A stretch of DNA of 63,465 nucleotides, counting the filler, from Octopus bimaculoides (Eukaryota), in NCBI RefSeq assembly GCF_001194135.2. It is 8 parts of 6 records of this genome, joined end to end, with 100 filler letters (N's around TTAATTAATTAA, not from the genome) between each part and the next. Parts side by side here need not be neighbours in the genome. Positions count along the whole stretch, not along the records: positions 32,089 to 41,420 come from NC_068983.1; positions 41,521 to 48,621 come from NC_068986.1; positions 48,722 to 56,150 come from NC_068985.1; 5 more parts are not named here. One strand, 5' to 3'. Numbering within the stretch: position 1 is the first letter of the stretch; every line of letters starts with the position of its first letter. The notes under the pieces are model-generated. The model saw only the letters and a list, made by a program, of their open reading frames with translations. It was not told the origin of the DNA and ran no database searches. Both the position numbers and the translations under genes were made by a program. Shown in pieces: positions 40,075-51,654 of this stretch.

Positions 40075-40311
40075 AGCATTTGAGATTCTAACTATGAAAC
40101 TACTTCTCTAGCAGAATAAGAAACCCAGTGATCATCTAACTGAAGGTTGCGAAGACGAATGTAAAAATATCATTTGAATAACTAATGAACTTTAGAAGAG
40201 TCACAAAAGCTGACAGATCTCTCTCAGAACACTGGGAGAAGACTACCTAACAGTAGTTGAAAATAACAAAAGTAGATTCGACCAGTTTACTAACAATTCG
40301 TTCTGTTAAAA

Positions 40312-40880
40312 CAGGGGTTCTCAACCATTTTTCATCTATAGGCTCCTTTGATTTCTATTTTATTCTGGTGGACCCCCATAGCCATTCGATGTTTAAAAAT
40401 TAGTTTTATAGAAACTTCTTTCAAAATTCCGATTTTGTTTTTCACACATTAACTTGTGTAGGTTGAACTATGTAAAATGTTTGAGAAGGAATCCTGGCTG
40501 CTTCTTGCAATACATACCAATACATACATCTAAAGAAGGGGATTCTCAACCATCTTTATCTATGGACCCCTTTGATTACTATTTTATTCTGATGGACACC
40601 CCACAAGCCATTTGATGTTTTAAATCTAATTTTATAGAATCTTCTTTCAAAATTCCTATTTTGTGTGTTCAGACATTAACTTGTGTAGGTTGAACTATGT
40701 AAAATATAAGAGACAGAAGCCTTGCTGTTTCTTGCAATACATATCTCTAAGGCAAACTTTTTTTAGAGGTCCTTAAAATACTATTGTGGATCCCCAATTT
40801 TCTATTTTGCTACATGAACCCCCGGAAATCTTATATGGACTCTCAGGGACTATTCGGACGACCCCGGTTGAGAACCACTG
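40312..40880. mobile_element. hAT-type MITE with internal tandem duplication
   Basis: TIRs CAGGGGTTCTCAACC / GGTTGAGAACCACTG. The first ~220 bp is repeated from ~40537. The 8-bp flanks TGTTAAAA/TATTAAGG match only partly. Confidence 0.75.
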
Positions 40881-40892
40881 TATTAAGGGAAT

Positions 40893-41075
40893 AAGGCTTG
40901 AAATTGTGGGGAGGAGGCTAGTCGATTGCTTTGACCCCACTGCTCAACTGGTAATTGTTTTATGACTTCCGACAGGATGAAAGGTAAAGTCGACTTCTGC
41001 GGAATTGGAACTCAGAATGTAAAACTGGAAGAAAAACTGCGTGCTAAACGATTCTGCCTGCTCGCTGTATCTAGT
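40893..41075 (-). mobile_element. SINE family B copy
   Basis: GGATGAAAGGTAAAGTCGACTTCTGCGGAATTGGAACTCAGAATGTA is the reverse complement of the family B core. Confidence 0.8.
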
Positions 41076-41229
41076 TTATTGCAAATGGAGGGGAGCAACA
41101 TGACATGGAGAATTTCGCTCAAGAATGCAATGCAGCGTCTCTGGGAATCGAAACCGTTCTATTGCGATCGTGAGTGCAACACCCTAACTACTTGGTCACG
41201 CGTTTCTAGTTTACTAATACTATCGTACT

Positions 41230-41380
41230 GGCGTGGCTATGTGATAAGAAGCTTGCTTCCCAACCACATGGTTCCGGGCTCAGTCCCACTGCGTGGTATC
41301 TTGGGCAAATGTCCTCCACATAGGCTCGGGCCGACCAAAGCTTTGTAAGTGGATTTAGTAGACGGAAATTGAAAGGAACT
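41230..41380 (+). mobile_element. SINE family A 5' half
   Basis: GGCGTGGCTATGTGATAAGAAGCTTGCTTCCCAACCACATGGTTCCGGG...GACGGAAATTGAAAGG. Confidence 0.9.
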
Positions 41381-41420
<40 letters not shown>

Positions 41421-41520
41421 NNNNNNNNNNNNNNNNNNNNNNNNNNNNNNNNNNNNNNNNNNNNTTAATTAATTAANNNNNNNNNNNNNNNNNNNNNNNN
41501 NNNNNNNNNNNNNNNNNNNN

Positions 41521-42260
41521 TTTTTTCATATCCATGTTCTTGGCATACAATTTCAAATCATCGACAAAGAAGCAGTGCGTAATTTTGGTGTTTCTGTTTG
41601 CCTGCGTTCCAATTAGATACCCTTCAGACTTCTTCAGCATGTATGATAATGGGTTTACCGACAGTATGAACAGCATCACAGAGAGGCTGTCTCCTTGGAA
41701 TATCCACCTGCGATATTGTATTTTTTTGCTGGTGATACATCCACTTACTGTATTTAACTTCACGATGGTGGCCCAGGAAGATGTCAGGTTAGATATGGCA
41801 TTAATCAAGTTCCCTGGGACTTTAGCAAGTCGGAGGGCTTCTAGCATCCACGAATGGGGGACAGAGTCGAATGCTTTTTTATAGTCAAGCCACATAGAGA
41901 CCAGATTTCTTCTGTGGTGCCGTACCTCCGTCATTACTACCTTAGTTATAAGTAGTTGTTCAGTACATCCCCAGATTCCTTTCTTCCCAGCTGCTTGTTC
42001 AGCTGTGATTATACTATTGTTTTCACAGTGGTCCTGGGGGAATCTGTTTAGGCATGCTGTATAAATCTTATACATTAAATTTTGGCATGCAATAGGCCTG
42101 TAATTTTTTGCCAATTGGGTTTCCTTGCTTTTCGGAACAAGCTTTGTTTCCGCCAGAGCCAACCAGTCTGGTATGCTGCCATCTCCATTGAGGGCTTGCT
42201 GGTACAGTTTAATAAGGTACGGTCGGTAACAGGTAAGCTTCTTGTACCAGTATCCAACTT
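41521..42260 (-). mobile_element. Non-LTR retrotransposon reverse transcriptase fragment, R4/Dong-like clade
   Basis: NYRPIAC, EQAAGKKG.WGC.EQLL, WLDYKKAFDSVPH, IFQGDSLS, FVDDLKLYA. 5'-truncated, frameshifted near 42180, 3' end lost in the gap. Confidence 0.9.
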
Positions 42261-42903
42261 ACGATTAGATTTTATTAAATTTTCATTAAATAAAAAATAA
42301 TTTCTGTTTAACAGGTATCACATTAAAAGCTATTAAATTACAAAGTGTTTGTGTTGTTTATAATAAACTTTATTTTACATTTCTTGCCCACAAGAAATAA
42401 TGTCCGATCTTTAGTATACTACTGTATGTCTTCTCAAATCACGATTACAGAAAAAGTTGTTAAGATAAGAATTATTAACAAAAACAAAGCTGATAAATAT
42501 GCACAGTTGTTGCAAATTAAGTTTAATTACCAATAAACATCAATTTGGATGACACTTTACTCAACCTAGTAAAATATGTGAAATATGGCTCGGACCGTGA
42601 TTATCAGCATGAACGTCAGACTTTAAAAAGTAGTCAACCATTTAATGGTTTTAGTAAATTTATACAGAAAAAATAATCATTATACTGTCCAGTATAAATA
42701 AAAGTCAACTTTATTATATTTAAGCCGCTATTTTTTCTATAAAAGCCTATTCTGACATTAAATAAGTCAACTTCTAGTACGAATGATTTCGTTTTGTGAG
42801 TCTTTAAAAAAAAAAAAATTAAAAAATTCATGTAATTTACGCACCCCTAAAGTTTATTTTTATTTTTGTGAAAAAAGTGCGTAAATAGCATGGGATTTTA
42901 CGG

Positions 42904-42967
<64 letters not shown>

Positions 42968-43065
42968 CATGCATAGATTTTACTCCCATACATATATATA
43001 AAACACATATACATATATACATCGGTAAGATGAGTAAAATGTATTCCATCCAGTGAGAGATAAAT

Positions 43066-43629
43066 ATCATTTAATAAACACAGTATTTAGAAAAAAACTA
43101 CTAATAGTTTTATGCTTTAGAGATACAATAGATTGGCAGATTTATATAACCTGCCATGAACCTCCAAGCAATCTTTCATACTCAGTGCATATCGTTAGAT
43201 GTATCTAAAAACCAGGACGCTGGTCTATGAGAAAAACGAAAGAAAGAAAGAAAGAAAGAAAGAAAGAAACACGCGAACAAGGTTGATGCAAAAAGTGGAA
43301 CAAGAAGAAGGAAAAGAAAAGTAGGACTACCAAACTCTTTGTCTTCTATGTCAGTAGAAACCATAATTAATCTAGCAAGTGTGGAATAGTATATCAAAAA
43401 GGAGGTCAGTTTTGGGGATAGCTACTCAATGCGGAGCATTTAGTGTCCTCCATTTCTCATGTTTTCTCATAGACCAACGTCCTGGTTTTTAAAAACATCT
43501 AACGATATGCACTTGGCCTGAAAGATTGCTTGGAGATAGGTGCCATGTTATATAATTCCGCTAATATATCGTATCTCTAAAGCACGAAACTATCAGTAGT
43601 TCTTTTAAATACTGTGTATATTAAATGAT
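43066..43629. mobile_element. MITE/foldback element with ~170-bp imperfect terminal inverted repeats
   Basis: 43066-43235 pairs with 43462-43629 (e.g. GCTTTAGAGATAC, CTCCAAGCAATCTTTCA, GTGCATATCGTTAGATG, AAAAACCAGGACG). Confidence 0.85.
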
Positions 43630-43665
43630 GTGTGTGTGTGTGAGTGTGTGTGAGTCTGTGTGTGA

Positions 43666-43722
<57 letters not shown>

Positions 43723-43764
43723 CGCATGCGTGCGTGCCAAAATATGTGCTAAAATACATTCAGG

Positions 43765-43950
43765 TTACGAAAGTATAAACTCCAGTAAGTATTCAGTGTT
43801 GCTCAAATCTGCTACAAGCTTTTGCATTGTGGCCATGATATACAACTGGCGATGAACTCCTGAAGTAAACCTCGGGATCAGGAGTGTCTCATCTATATCT
43901 AGTGCCTCATCTAGAATTAGTGTCTCCTCTGGGTCACCTTTGGAGGTAAT
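43765..43950 (-). CDS. Candidate terminal coding exon of an unidentified gene (ITSKGDPEETLILDEALDIDETLLIPRFTSGVHRQLYIMATMQKLVADLSNTEYLLEFILS*)
   Basis: Acceptor ttttttcatatttttcag|ATT, 61 open codons of globular-like composition, stop at 43765. Confidence 0.6.
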   Translation of the reverse strand: MTSKGDPEETLILDEALDIDETLLIPRFTSGVHRQLYIMATMQKLVADLSNTEYLLEFILS

Positions 43951-44235
43951 CTGAAAAATATGAAAAAATATTGTAACTGTGGAGTTAATTTGTTTTAACA
44001 ACATTATACACACAAGCATTTAAATAAGTAACACCCTAACTTTATATATGTACCCGGTGATATAGAATAAAGTTCTTTGTGTAGAAGGCAAGATCCGAAA
44101 GTGTACTAGGCGATAAGATACAAAATTTTCATACACATGTCCAGCATTTTCTTAATATAAAAGAGCCTATTACAACAAATGTGGAAAAAAGAACCACCAT
44201 AAGAGGATACTGCTTAGCAGAGAACTTCCTGATAC

Positions 44236-44288
44236 CTGAGTAGGAGAGGACATTATCGATGGACCAATTTTGTCCGATATCATTCCAT
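44236..44288 (-). CDS. Candidate penultimate exon (53 nt, phase 1-0; GMISDKIGPSIMSSPTQ)
   Basis: Acceptor ccttaccctctacag|AT and donor CAG|gtatca. Joins in frame to the 43950 exon across a 285-nt intron. Confidence 0.45.
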
Positions 44289-44769
44289 CTGTAGAGGGTA
44301 AGGTGTGTGTCTATAAAGTCTTATTGGGGTAGAAAGATTTCTCTGAAAATGAACGAGACTATAGATGAATACAATGGCGAAACAAGAAGGGACACGGGAT
44401 GTATGAATATTCCAACAGAAAAATAAAGGAAAAGAGATACTGGGATCAAAGAAATCAAACTGAAAAAGAGGAGAGCATAACTAAAGTAGTATGATTAAGA
44501 AGCCAATACTTATGAGAGACATAAGAAACATCTAAATAAAGTAAGCATGTAGAAAATAAACCCAACTGTGTCACAATTTATCCAGAGAGAAGTGAACGAT
44601 GTGGTTTCATCCCGCACCAATATTTGACAGTCGGGTTGGGACTCTACTTTCACTGGTTTTCATCTACGGAAGCCTTCATAGTACTAATTCCTTTTTAGTT
44701 AACCCATTTTTCCCATTTCCTTATGTCTAGTTTTCCTTGTTATCTAGTAGCTCACTGTAGTTTGGTATT

Positions 44770-46040
44770 AACCTCGACAAATCATCTGCATGTCCTGATT
44801 TTTTCGATGGAAAATACTCCATCTTGAGTCATAATTCAGTAGGATCGTTCCCCAGCACTGCAATCTGTTGGCTGTATGTGTGGGAATACCCTTTCTTGAT
44901 CCATAGCTCGACAATGGGCGATGGTCTGTCTGCAAACGGAACCTTGTTCCATGTATAGATTTATGGAATTTCTTTACCACAAATATGATGGCTAATGTTT
45001 CCTTCTCTATTTGACTGTAACTTTTCTCAGCCGGCAATAAGGAATGCGAAGTATGAACTACAGCTTTCATGCCACCATCTTCATATTTGTGTAAAATCAC
45101 AGCTCCAGTACCACTTTCACTAGCGTCTGATGCCACTACCATTTCTAAATTCGAGTCAAGATGCGATAACAACAATGTTGACGTTAAGATGTTTTTAATT
45201 TCTTCAAAAGCTTTTTAGCACTTGTACGGCCACTTGACGTCTTTTTTAAACAAATTATTCAGGAGTGCTCTCAAATCATGCATATTCGGTATGTATACTT
45301 GGTAGTAATTTGCGAGCCCCAAAAATGCTTGTAACGGTGTAATGCTTGCTGGGGGAGGCATATTTTTTTATTGCACTCACCCTTGTCGAGTCTGGTCTAC
45401 GTCCATTTTCATCAATAATCTGCCCTAGATATTTTATTCTTGGTATAAAACATATCACACATTTTCTTTTTGAGCTTAAACTCATAATCTTTTATTTTTT
45501 CGAAGACCTTTTTAACATGCTCTGCATGCTGACTACGAGTTTCACTTTTTATGAGCATGTCGTCAATGTAAACTATTGCGAAATCCGAACCTGCTAGCAT
45601 AGTGTCCATAACTTGTTGGAAAATACCTGGTGTTACCTTTATGCCAAAAGGAAGTCAATTATATAATTGACTTTATATAAATTTATATAATCCTTTATGG
45701 GTTTTTATCGTTTGTAATTTTGGACATTCTCCATCAACTTGTACCTACAGGTATGCTTCAGATAACTCCAATTTTGAAAAAAAAGTTTTCCTCCATTCAA
45801 CTTCACGAGAATTTCTTCCAGAGTTGGTAACGAGTAATTATATGGCATCAAATATTCGTTCAACCCAATTGAAAAATCAGCACATACACGGGTTTTTTTT
45901 TTCTTAACATAAACTGTTAGGAACGCCCATTCAGTGTAATCACTTTTTTTCAATAACCCCAAGATTTTCAAGTCTATCTAATTCTTCGTTAATTTGTTTC
46001 AATGTCGCGAATGGCACAGTCCTTTTTGGTTTAACTACTA
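44770..46040 (-). mobile_element. Decayed Ty3/Gypsy pol (RT and RNase H)
   Basis: EELDRLENLGVIEK, RVCADFS.GLN, VYIDDMLI, IKYLGQII, VASDAS..G.GAV, EKSYSQIEKE.LAIIF.VKKFH, QTDHRPL. Many frameshifts. Confidence 0.95.
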
Positions 46041-46661
46041 GTATGGAATTTTCTTCGCTTTTTAGTTATACCCACTTCCTTTTCAGCTATACTCACTTCT
46101 CTCCTTTCCTTAACTACTGTACTCTATTCACTGAAAATATTTATATTTGTACGTGTGTGTACGTGTATGTATTTGTGTTTGTGTGTTCTTGTGTTCGTGT
46201 GTGTGTGTGTACAAGTATGTGTGTGTGCGTGTATGTGTGTGTGCGTGTATGTGTGTGTATGTGTGTTTACGCGTGCATGTGAGCGCGTTTGCGCGTCTGC
46301 GCGTGCGTGGATGTGTATGGATGGTTGTGTATTGGAATTGTTCATAATTACATGTATTTATTTGTATGGATTCCCTTGTATCCTAATGTCATTTTAATTG
46401 TACCATATATATNNNNNNNNNNNNNNNNNNNNNNNNNNNNNNNNNNNNNNNNNNNNNNNNNNNNNNNNNNNNNNNNNNNNNNNNNNNNNNNNNNNNNNNN
46501 NNNNNTATATATATATATATATATATATCAATTTAAATAAGAGCTGAAAGATGATCCATTGTAACAACTTTATTATGACCTATGATCATTTCGATGCAAT
46601 ATCCAGACCAACTCATGCATATTATAAAATATGGAATATTGTATCTCTTCAAAGTCAGATT

Positions 46662-48346
46662 AATTCATAGCAGACAGTAAAAACAGACAACATTCATAGT
46701 TGTCCTAGAATTACATGTATATAAACAAGTTGAAAAGACATGATACGTATTGAAACTGTATAGCATATCGGTCTTGAAACCGTTAGAAAGCAGAGTAAAT
46801 GAGAATCAAATTTCTCAGTGCAAATGCAAAAACTAAGAATGCTGTATACAGGTGTAATGTTTTAACTAAAAATGGAATTTGGAGTTATGTTGGCTCGTCG
46901 TCACTTGAAATCTCGAGAAGAATATCGAACTATTACTCGTCATTTAGAGATAGAAAAAACAAAATAGCACGGCGCTTAGTAGTTTAATTTGGCAACTGAA
47001 TGACTAAAATAAAGAGTACTCTTTAGAATGGTCGATTCTAGGAAAATCGTTTCTGTATGACAAGGGCAATAATGTTTGTTCCTTATGTAATTTGGAATTG
47101 TATTTCATACTTTTTTCCAAGGGTTACCTAATTAATAAAATTGCTTTTAAATCTTTCAGATGCCTACATATGAATAAACATACATTTTTGTTCTATTAAT
47201 CGGAATTATTAATCTAATTTAGTTAGGTTAGTTTTTATCTTGATTACATATCCTTTACTGATGTCTATAAGATTATAGTTTTTTTTTTTTTAATCATAAT
47301 CAATATAACAATGTGGTAGGATCTATAACATGAACTGATTCATTTAGATTCTCTAAAAACGCACATATTCATTAATTTGCTAGATTTACCTCCCTTTTGA
47401 CCATGAATTTAAGTCTGACATGGTTAACTCTGAATCTATTATTTCTCTTTCATAACATAGCTTTATTTTTAAAGAATTTTTTGTTCATAAGTATCTATTG
47501 AATTTTTTAAGATAATGGTGTCTTTCAGCTAACTACTCTACATCATAATAATTACTTAATTTTTCAGTTATATTTTTATATGTGAGGCATTTACGATTAC
47601 ACCGTAATATTTGTTTACGTTTTTTGCCCTATCGATTAAATCCATTACTTCTTGTAATATTACTCTGAATATTGTATTTAAACTCCATTACTAAGGTAAT
47701 TAACTTAATTTTTCTTTAATTTGTTAGCTACAATTTGAATGTATCCTAATTCATTTCACTTATTTTTATTTTTATTCATTATTTATTTATATTTTTGATA
47801 GCAGCAATGTGAATGTAACCTAATTTTTATATATATTTTTTTTACTTATTATTTCTCATTTTTTACAATTTATTTTCTCTAATCCATCGGGCTTACATAA
47901 CCATATAAGGTCTCTTTACTGTTCTAAATCTTAATTTAATACAATGTCTTGTATAGATTATGTATAGTTGAGGAGATTATATTATATTATACATAAGCAT
48001 TATTTATTAGATTTACTTCTATTTGACCATTAACTTGTGTAAAAAAATATATTTTTAATATTTTTAATATCTAGCGGTTTTTACTTCGTTCTTGGTTTTT
48101 TTTTTATTTACTTTCATAAGTCCAACGGTTTTTTGAAATGTACAGCGTCCCGTACTTGTTCGCTATTTAACTTCATAGGATAACATCATAACTTAACATT
48201 ACTTCTCATTTACTCTGCTTTCTAACGGTTTCAAGACTGATATGCTATACAGTTTCAATACGTATCATGTCTTTTCAACTTGTTTATATACATGTAATTC
48301 TAGGACAACTATGAATGTTGTCTGTTTTTACTGTCTGCTATGAATT
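46662..48346. repeat. 144-bp near-perfect inverted repeat (46662-46805 / 48203-48346) around a ~1.4-kb AT-rich spacer
   Basis: Manual alignment gives 143/144 identity (single G/A difference). Confidence 0.95.
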
Positions 48347-48621
48347 TGTAGTAACGCCTGCGCATGCGTAGTCTTACGCATGCGTAGAATTAATAAAGCA
48401 AGCGTTTCCCGCTCAATTCATTCTCTTTCACGCTGGCCAGCGATTGAGCAAGGACGTGTGTTTAAAGCTGTCTCTACATATTTCGGTCTTATACTCGACA
48501 GCACGTTATTCTCACCTCTAAAGATGTATAACTAAAAGATATGTATGTTTACCAAGTAAATAAATGTTGTTTGAGTTGTTTAGTCTGGAGTTCAGCGTTC
48601 CGTCAATTTCTTCAATTTTAT
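48347..48621 (+). mobile_element. Probable LTR, truncated by a gap
   Basis: Begins TGTAGTAAC, contains two CGCATGCG palindromes and AATAAA motifs, with an abrupt composition change. The 3' CA end is not visible. Confidence 0.5.
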
Positions 48622-49974
48622 NNNNNNNNNNNNNNNNNNNNNNNNNNNNNNNNNNNNNNNNNNNNTTAATTAATTAANNNNNNNNNNNNNNNNNNNNNNN
48701 NNNNNNNNNNNNNNNNNNNNNATATGTATGTATGTACACATACGTATGTATATATGCATATATATATATATATTATATTATATATCCAAGAAATTAGGGG
48801 TTGTGAATCCAACCCACTAAGGGATAAAATCTATCAAATATACTGCTGGAAGAATACCCAGTTGTTATTACACTAGTGTTTTTTTCATTGCATGGTCATT
48901 ACATTACCAAGTGCAATAAATGGGTGCGGGTAAAAAGTTATTTTACCATTAATTTATATAGCAATAAGAAAATGGAGGGGATTAATAGGTGGTATTCATC
49001 AACTTGCAGACATTGTATTATGTCAATTTACTTGCTTATTTACTTACTAAAAGGACAATGATAAAAAAAATACAAACACATGTGACATTATGTCATATCA
49101 GCAATTATAAAAATGACATATAGTGACATAAAATGGGATAATATCTTACAGCTATTTCCGTCCAGAGGTGACATGCCTCATTCTATCATTATCACTCCAG
49201 TAGACTGAAGTAAGTAATAGATGAAATAGAGGTACATGGATGATTCTCTGGGCCTCTTCAGAGATTTTATAAAGTTCATATATATATATATTATATACAT
49301 AGTGAAAGTATCAATAATGAACTATTAAAACTGAAAGTATTATCTCACATTACAATAGATTTGTTGTTATTTCATTATGACACGTAATACTGAAATAGTG
49401 TAAGAGATAAGAGATTGCTCGGGGCTCACATTAGGCAAGAAGTAAAAAAAAATTTGGGTCCATGACAGTGCTTGGATCCTAAGTAAAGCATGTGTAAAAT
49501 TTGAATGAAATCGGTTAGGTAGTTCTCGTGTTTTAGTGATGCGCACATACATACAGACACGCATTTTCTGTTATATGTATATATATATATACACACACAC
49601 ATTTATATATATNNNNNNNNNNNNNNNNNNNNNNNNNNNNNNNNNNNNNNNNNNNNNNNNNNNNNNNNNNNNNNNNNNNNNNNNNNNNNNNNNNNNNNNN
49701 NNNNNNNNNNNNGGATCCATTGTGGTTTTGTTCTAGTGTACGAGCGTTAGTGTTAGAAGAACATATATTAATGTCCACGTTGGGTGTATGTGTGGGTCAG
49801 GTGCTGGCGCTAGCGTAGTTATGGTTGCTTAGGTTTTGGTAATAGAGCGAGAGTTTATGTTTGTTAGAAGCTGCTATAATAGATTCAAAGTTAGGAATGG
49901 TAGAATACGATAATTTTAAAGTGGATCTGTTGAATATAGAGTGGTATTTGTGTTGTCGTGGGAAGTTAGAATCT

Positions 49975-50395
49975 AGTATTCTGATTTGGCAGTTTCTACA
50001 GTTGGATGCCCTTCCTAACGTCAACCACTCCAAGAGTGTAGTGGGTGCTTTTACGTGCCACCGGCATGAGGGCTAGTCAGGTGGGTACTGGCAACGGCCA
50101 CGCTCGAAATGGTGTATTTTACGTGCCACCTGCACAGGGCCAGTCCAGGGGCACTGGCAACGATCTCGTTCAGATGTCTTATTGGCAAAGGCCACGCTCG
50201 AAATGGTGTATTACATGTCACCTGCACAGGAGCCAGTCCATCGGCACTGGCAATGATCTCGCTCGAATGTCTTTTCACGTGCCACTGGCACAGGTGCCAG
50301 GAAGGCAGCGTTGGTAACGATCCACGGCTACGCTCGAAATGGTGTATTTTACGTGTCACCTGCACAGGAGCCAGTCCATCGGCACTGGCAACATG
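49975..50395 (-). mobile_element. Family D element with expanded internal minisatellite
   Basis: CAGTTTCTACAGTTGGATGCCCTTCCTAACG followed by repeated CACGCTCGAAATGGTGTATTTTACGTG(C/T)CACCTGCACAGG...GCACTGGCAA units. Confidence 0.8.
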
Positions 50396-50420
50396 ATATA
50401 AAAACATACATATATATTCA

Positions 50421-50746
50421 CTTTTACACTTTTCAGTCATTTGACTGCCCCATGCTGGAGCATCACCTTTAGTTGAAGAAATCGACCCCAGGACTCATTC
50501 TTTGTAAGCCTAGTACTTATTTAATTATTCACTTTTGCCAAACCACTAAGTTCAGGAACATAAACACACCAGCATCAGTTGTCAAGCGACGGTGGGGGAA
50601 CAAACACAGGCACAAAGATACACACACATAGATATATATATATACATATATATACACACACAACAGGCTTCTTTCAGTTTCTGTCTACCAAATCCGCTCA
50701 CAAGGCTTTGGTCAGTCTGAGGCTATAGTAGAAGACACTTTGCCCA
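50421..50746 (-). mobile_element. SINE family A body and tail (head displaced to 51541-51579)
   Basis: Reverse complement from GGCAAAGTGTCTTCTACTATAGCC to GACTGAAAAG. Head GCTCTGTGGTAAGAAGCTTGCTTCCC lies at 51541-51579. Confidence 0.85.
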
Positions 50747-51090
50747 CTAAGGGCTGACTCGCAAATTTGCAAGCCTCCTCAGGGGTGTCAAATAGCAACC
50801 ACACTGTTGCATATTTGACAACCACTGGAAATGAATTTAATAGTTGGCAAATATTCTGCCAACTCTTTTTCAATTTNNNNNNNNNNNNNNNNNNNNNNNN
50901 NNNNNNNNNNNNNNNNNNNNNNNNNNNNNNNNNNNNNNNTTTCAATTTGAGTCTTTTGAAAGAAGACGATGATGTCGAATGACTTTGAGTAAGTCCTTAA
51001 CACCACCGTCCTCTCTTCAAAGTCTTTCATCCACTGTTTGGGTGGGACAATCTCCCACTCCAACACAGTGTTATTTGTCTTTTTTGCCAT
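50747..51090 (-). pseudogene. Truncated RRM-like ORF (possible LINE ORF1/gag-like N-terminus)
   Basis: MAKKTNNTVLEWEIVPPKQWMKDFEERTVVLRTYSKSF...QIEKELAEYLPTIKFISS (frameshift) KYATVWLLFDTPEEACKFASQPL. RNP2-like TVVLR and RNP1-like YATVWLLF..PEEA spacing. Confidence 0.45.
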
Positions 51091-51654
51091 GTTTTTCTTT
51101 GGAAAAAAGATCACAGAGTTAAAAAGAAAAAAATGCAGGAAGGAAGGAAGACAAGACACAGTTCCAAAACACAGCAAGCTATTCTGGCCGTCCTGGTACT
51201 CCTGGCCAACTCGGTAATCCTCATGGTAAGGGCACAAAACAGTCACACAAAAGTGGTAAAAAATAAGCACAATTATAATAGGAGGGATATGCCCCCAAAA
51301 CACACTTCTCACTGCTAAGTGAGACTTTAAACACAACTACAGGCAGACAAATGCATGGAACTCAGTGGAGATTTCTTGTTTGACAAAAATAAATAAACAC
51401 AACCAACAAACCCCCACTGAATCCCAAAAAACAAATGTCTTACTTGATAGTTGTGCTTCACTTTTTCAATAATTCACGATGTTGGTATACAGCGACGTGA
51501 CTCCTAGCAGTACAAAGAAAACACTGACCAATGCATGCGCAGGGAAGCAAGCTTCTTACCACAGAGCTTCGCCCGCACCAATATATGTATATATGTGTGC
51601 GTGTGTATGTGTGTGCATGTATATATATATATATATACATACATACATATACAG

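Noticed and set aside
49145-49215. Splice-like signals on both strands and a YWSD peptide
   Set aside because: All frames are closed between the candidate splice sites. A single YWSD is not evidence for a YWTD propeller.
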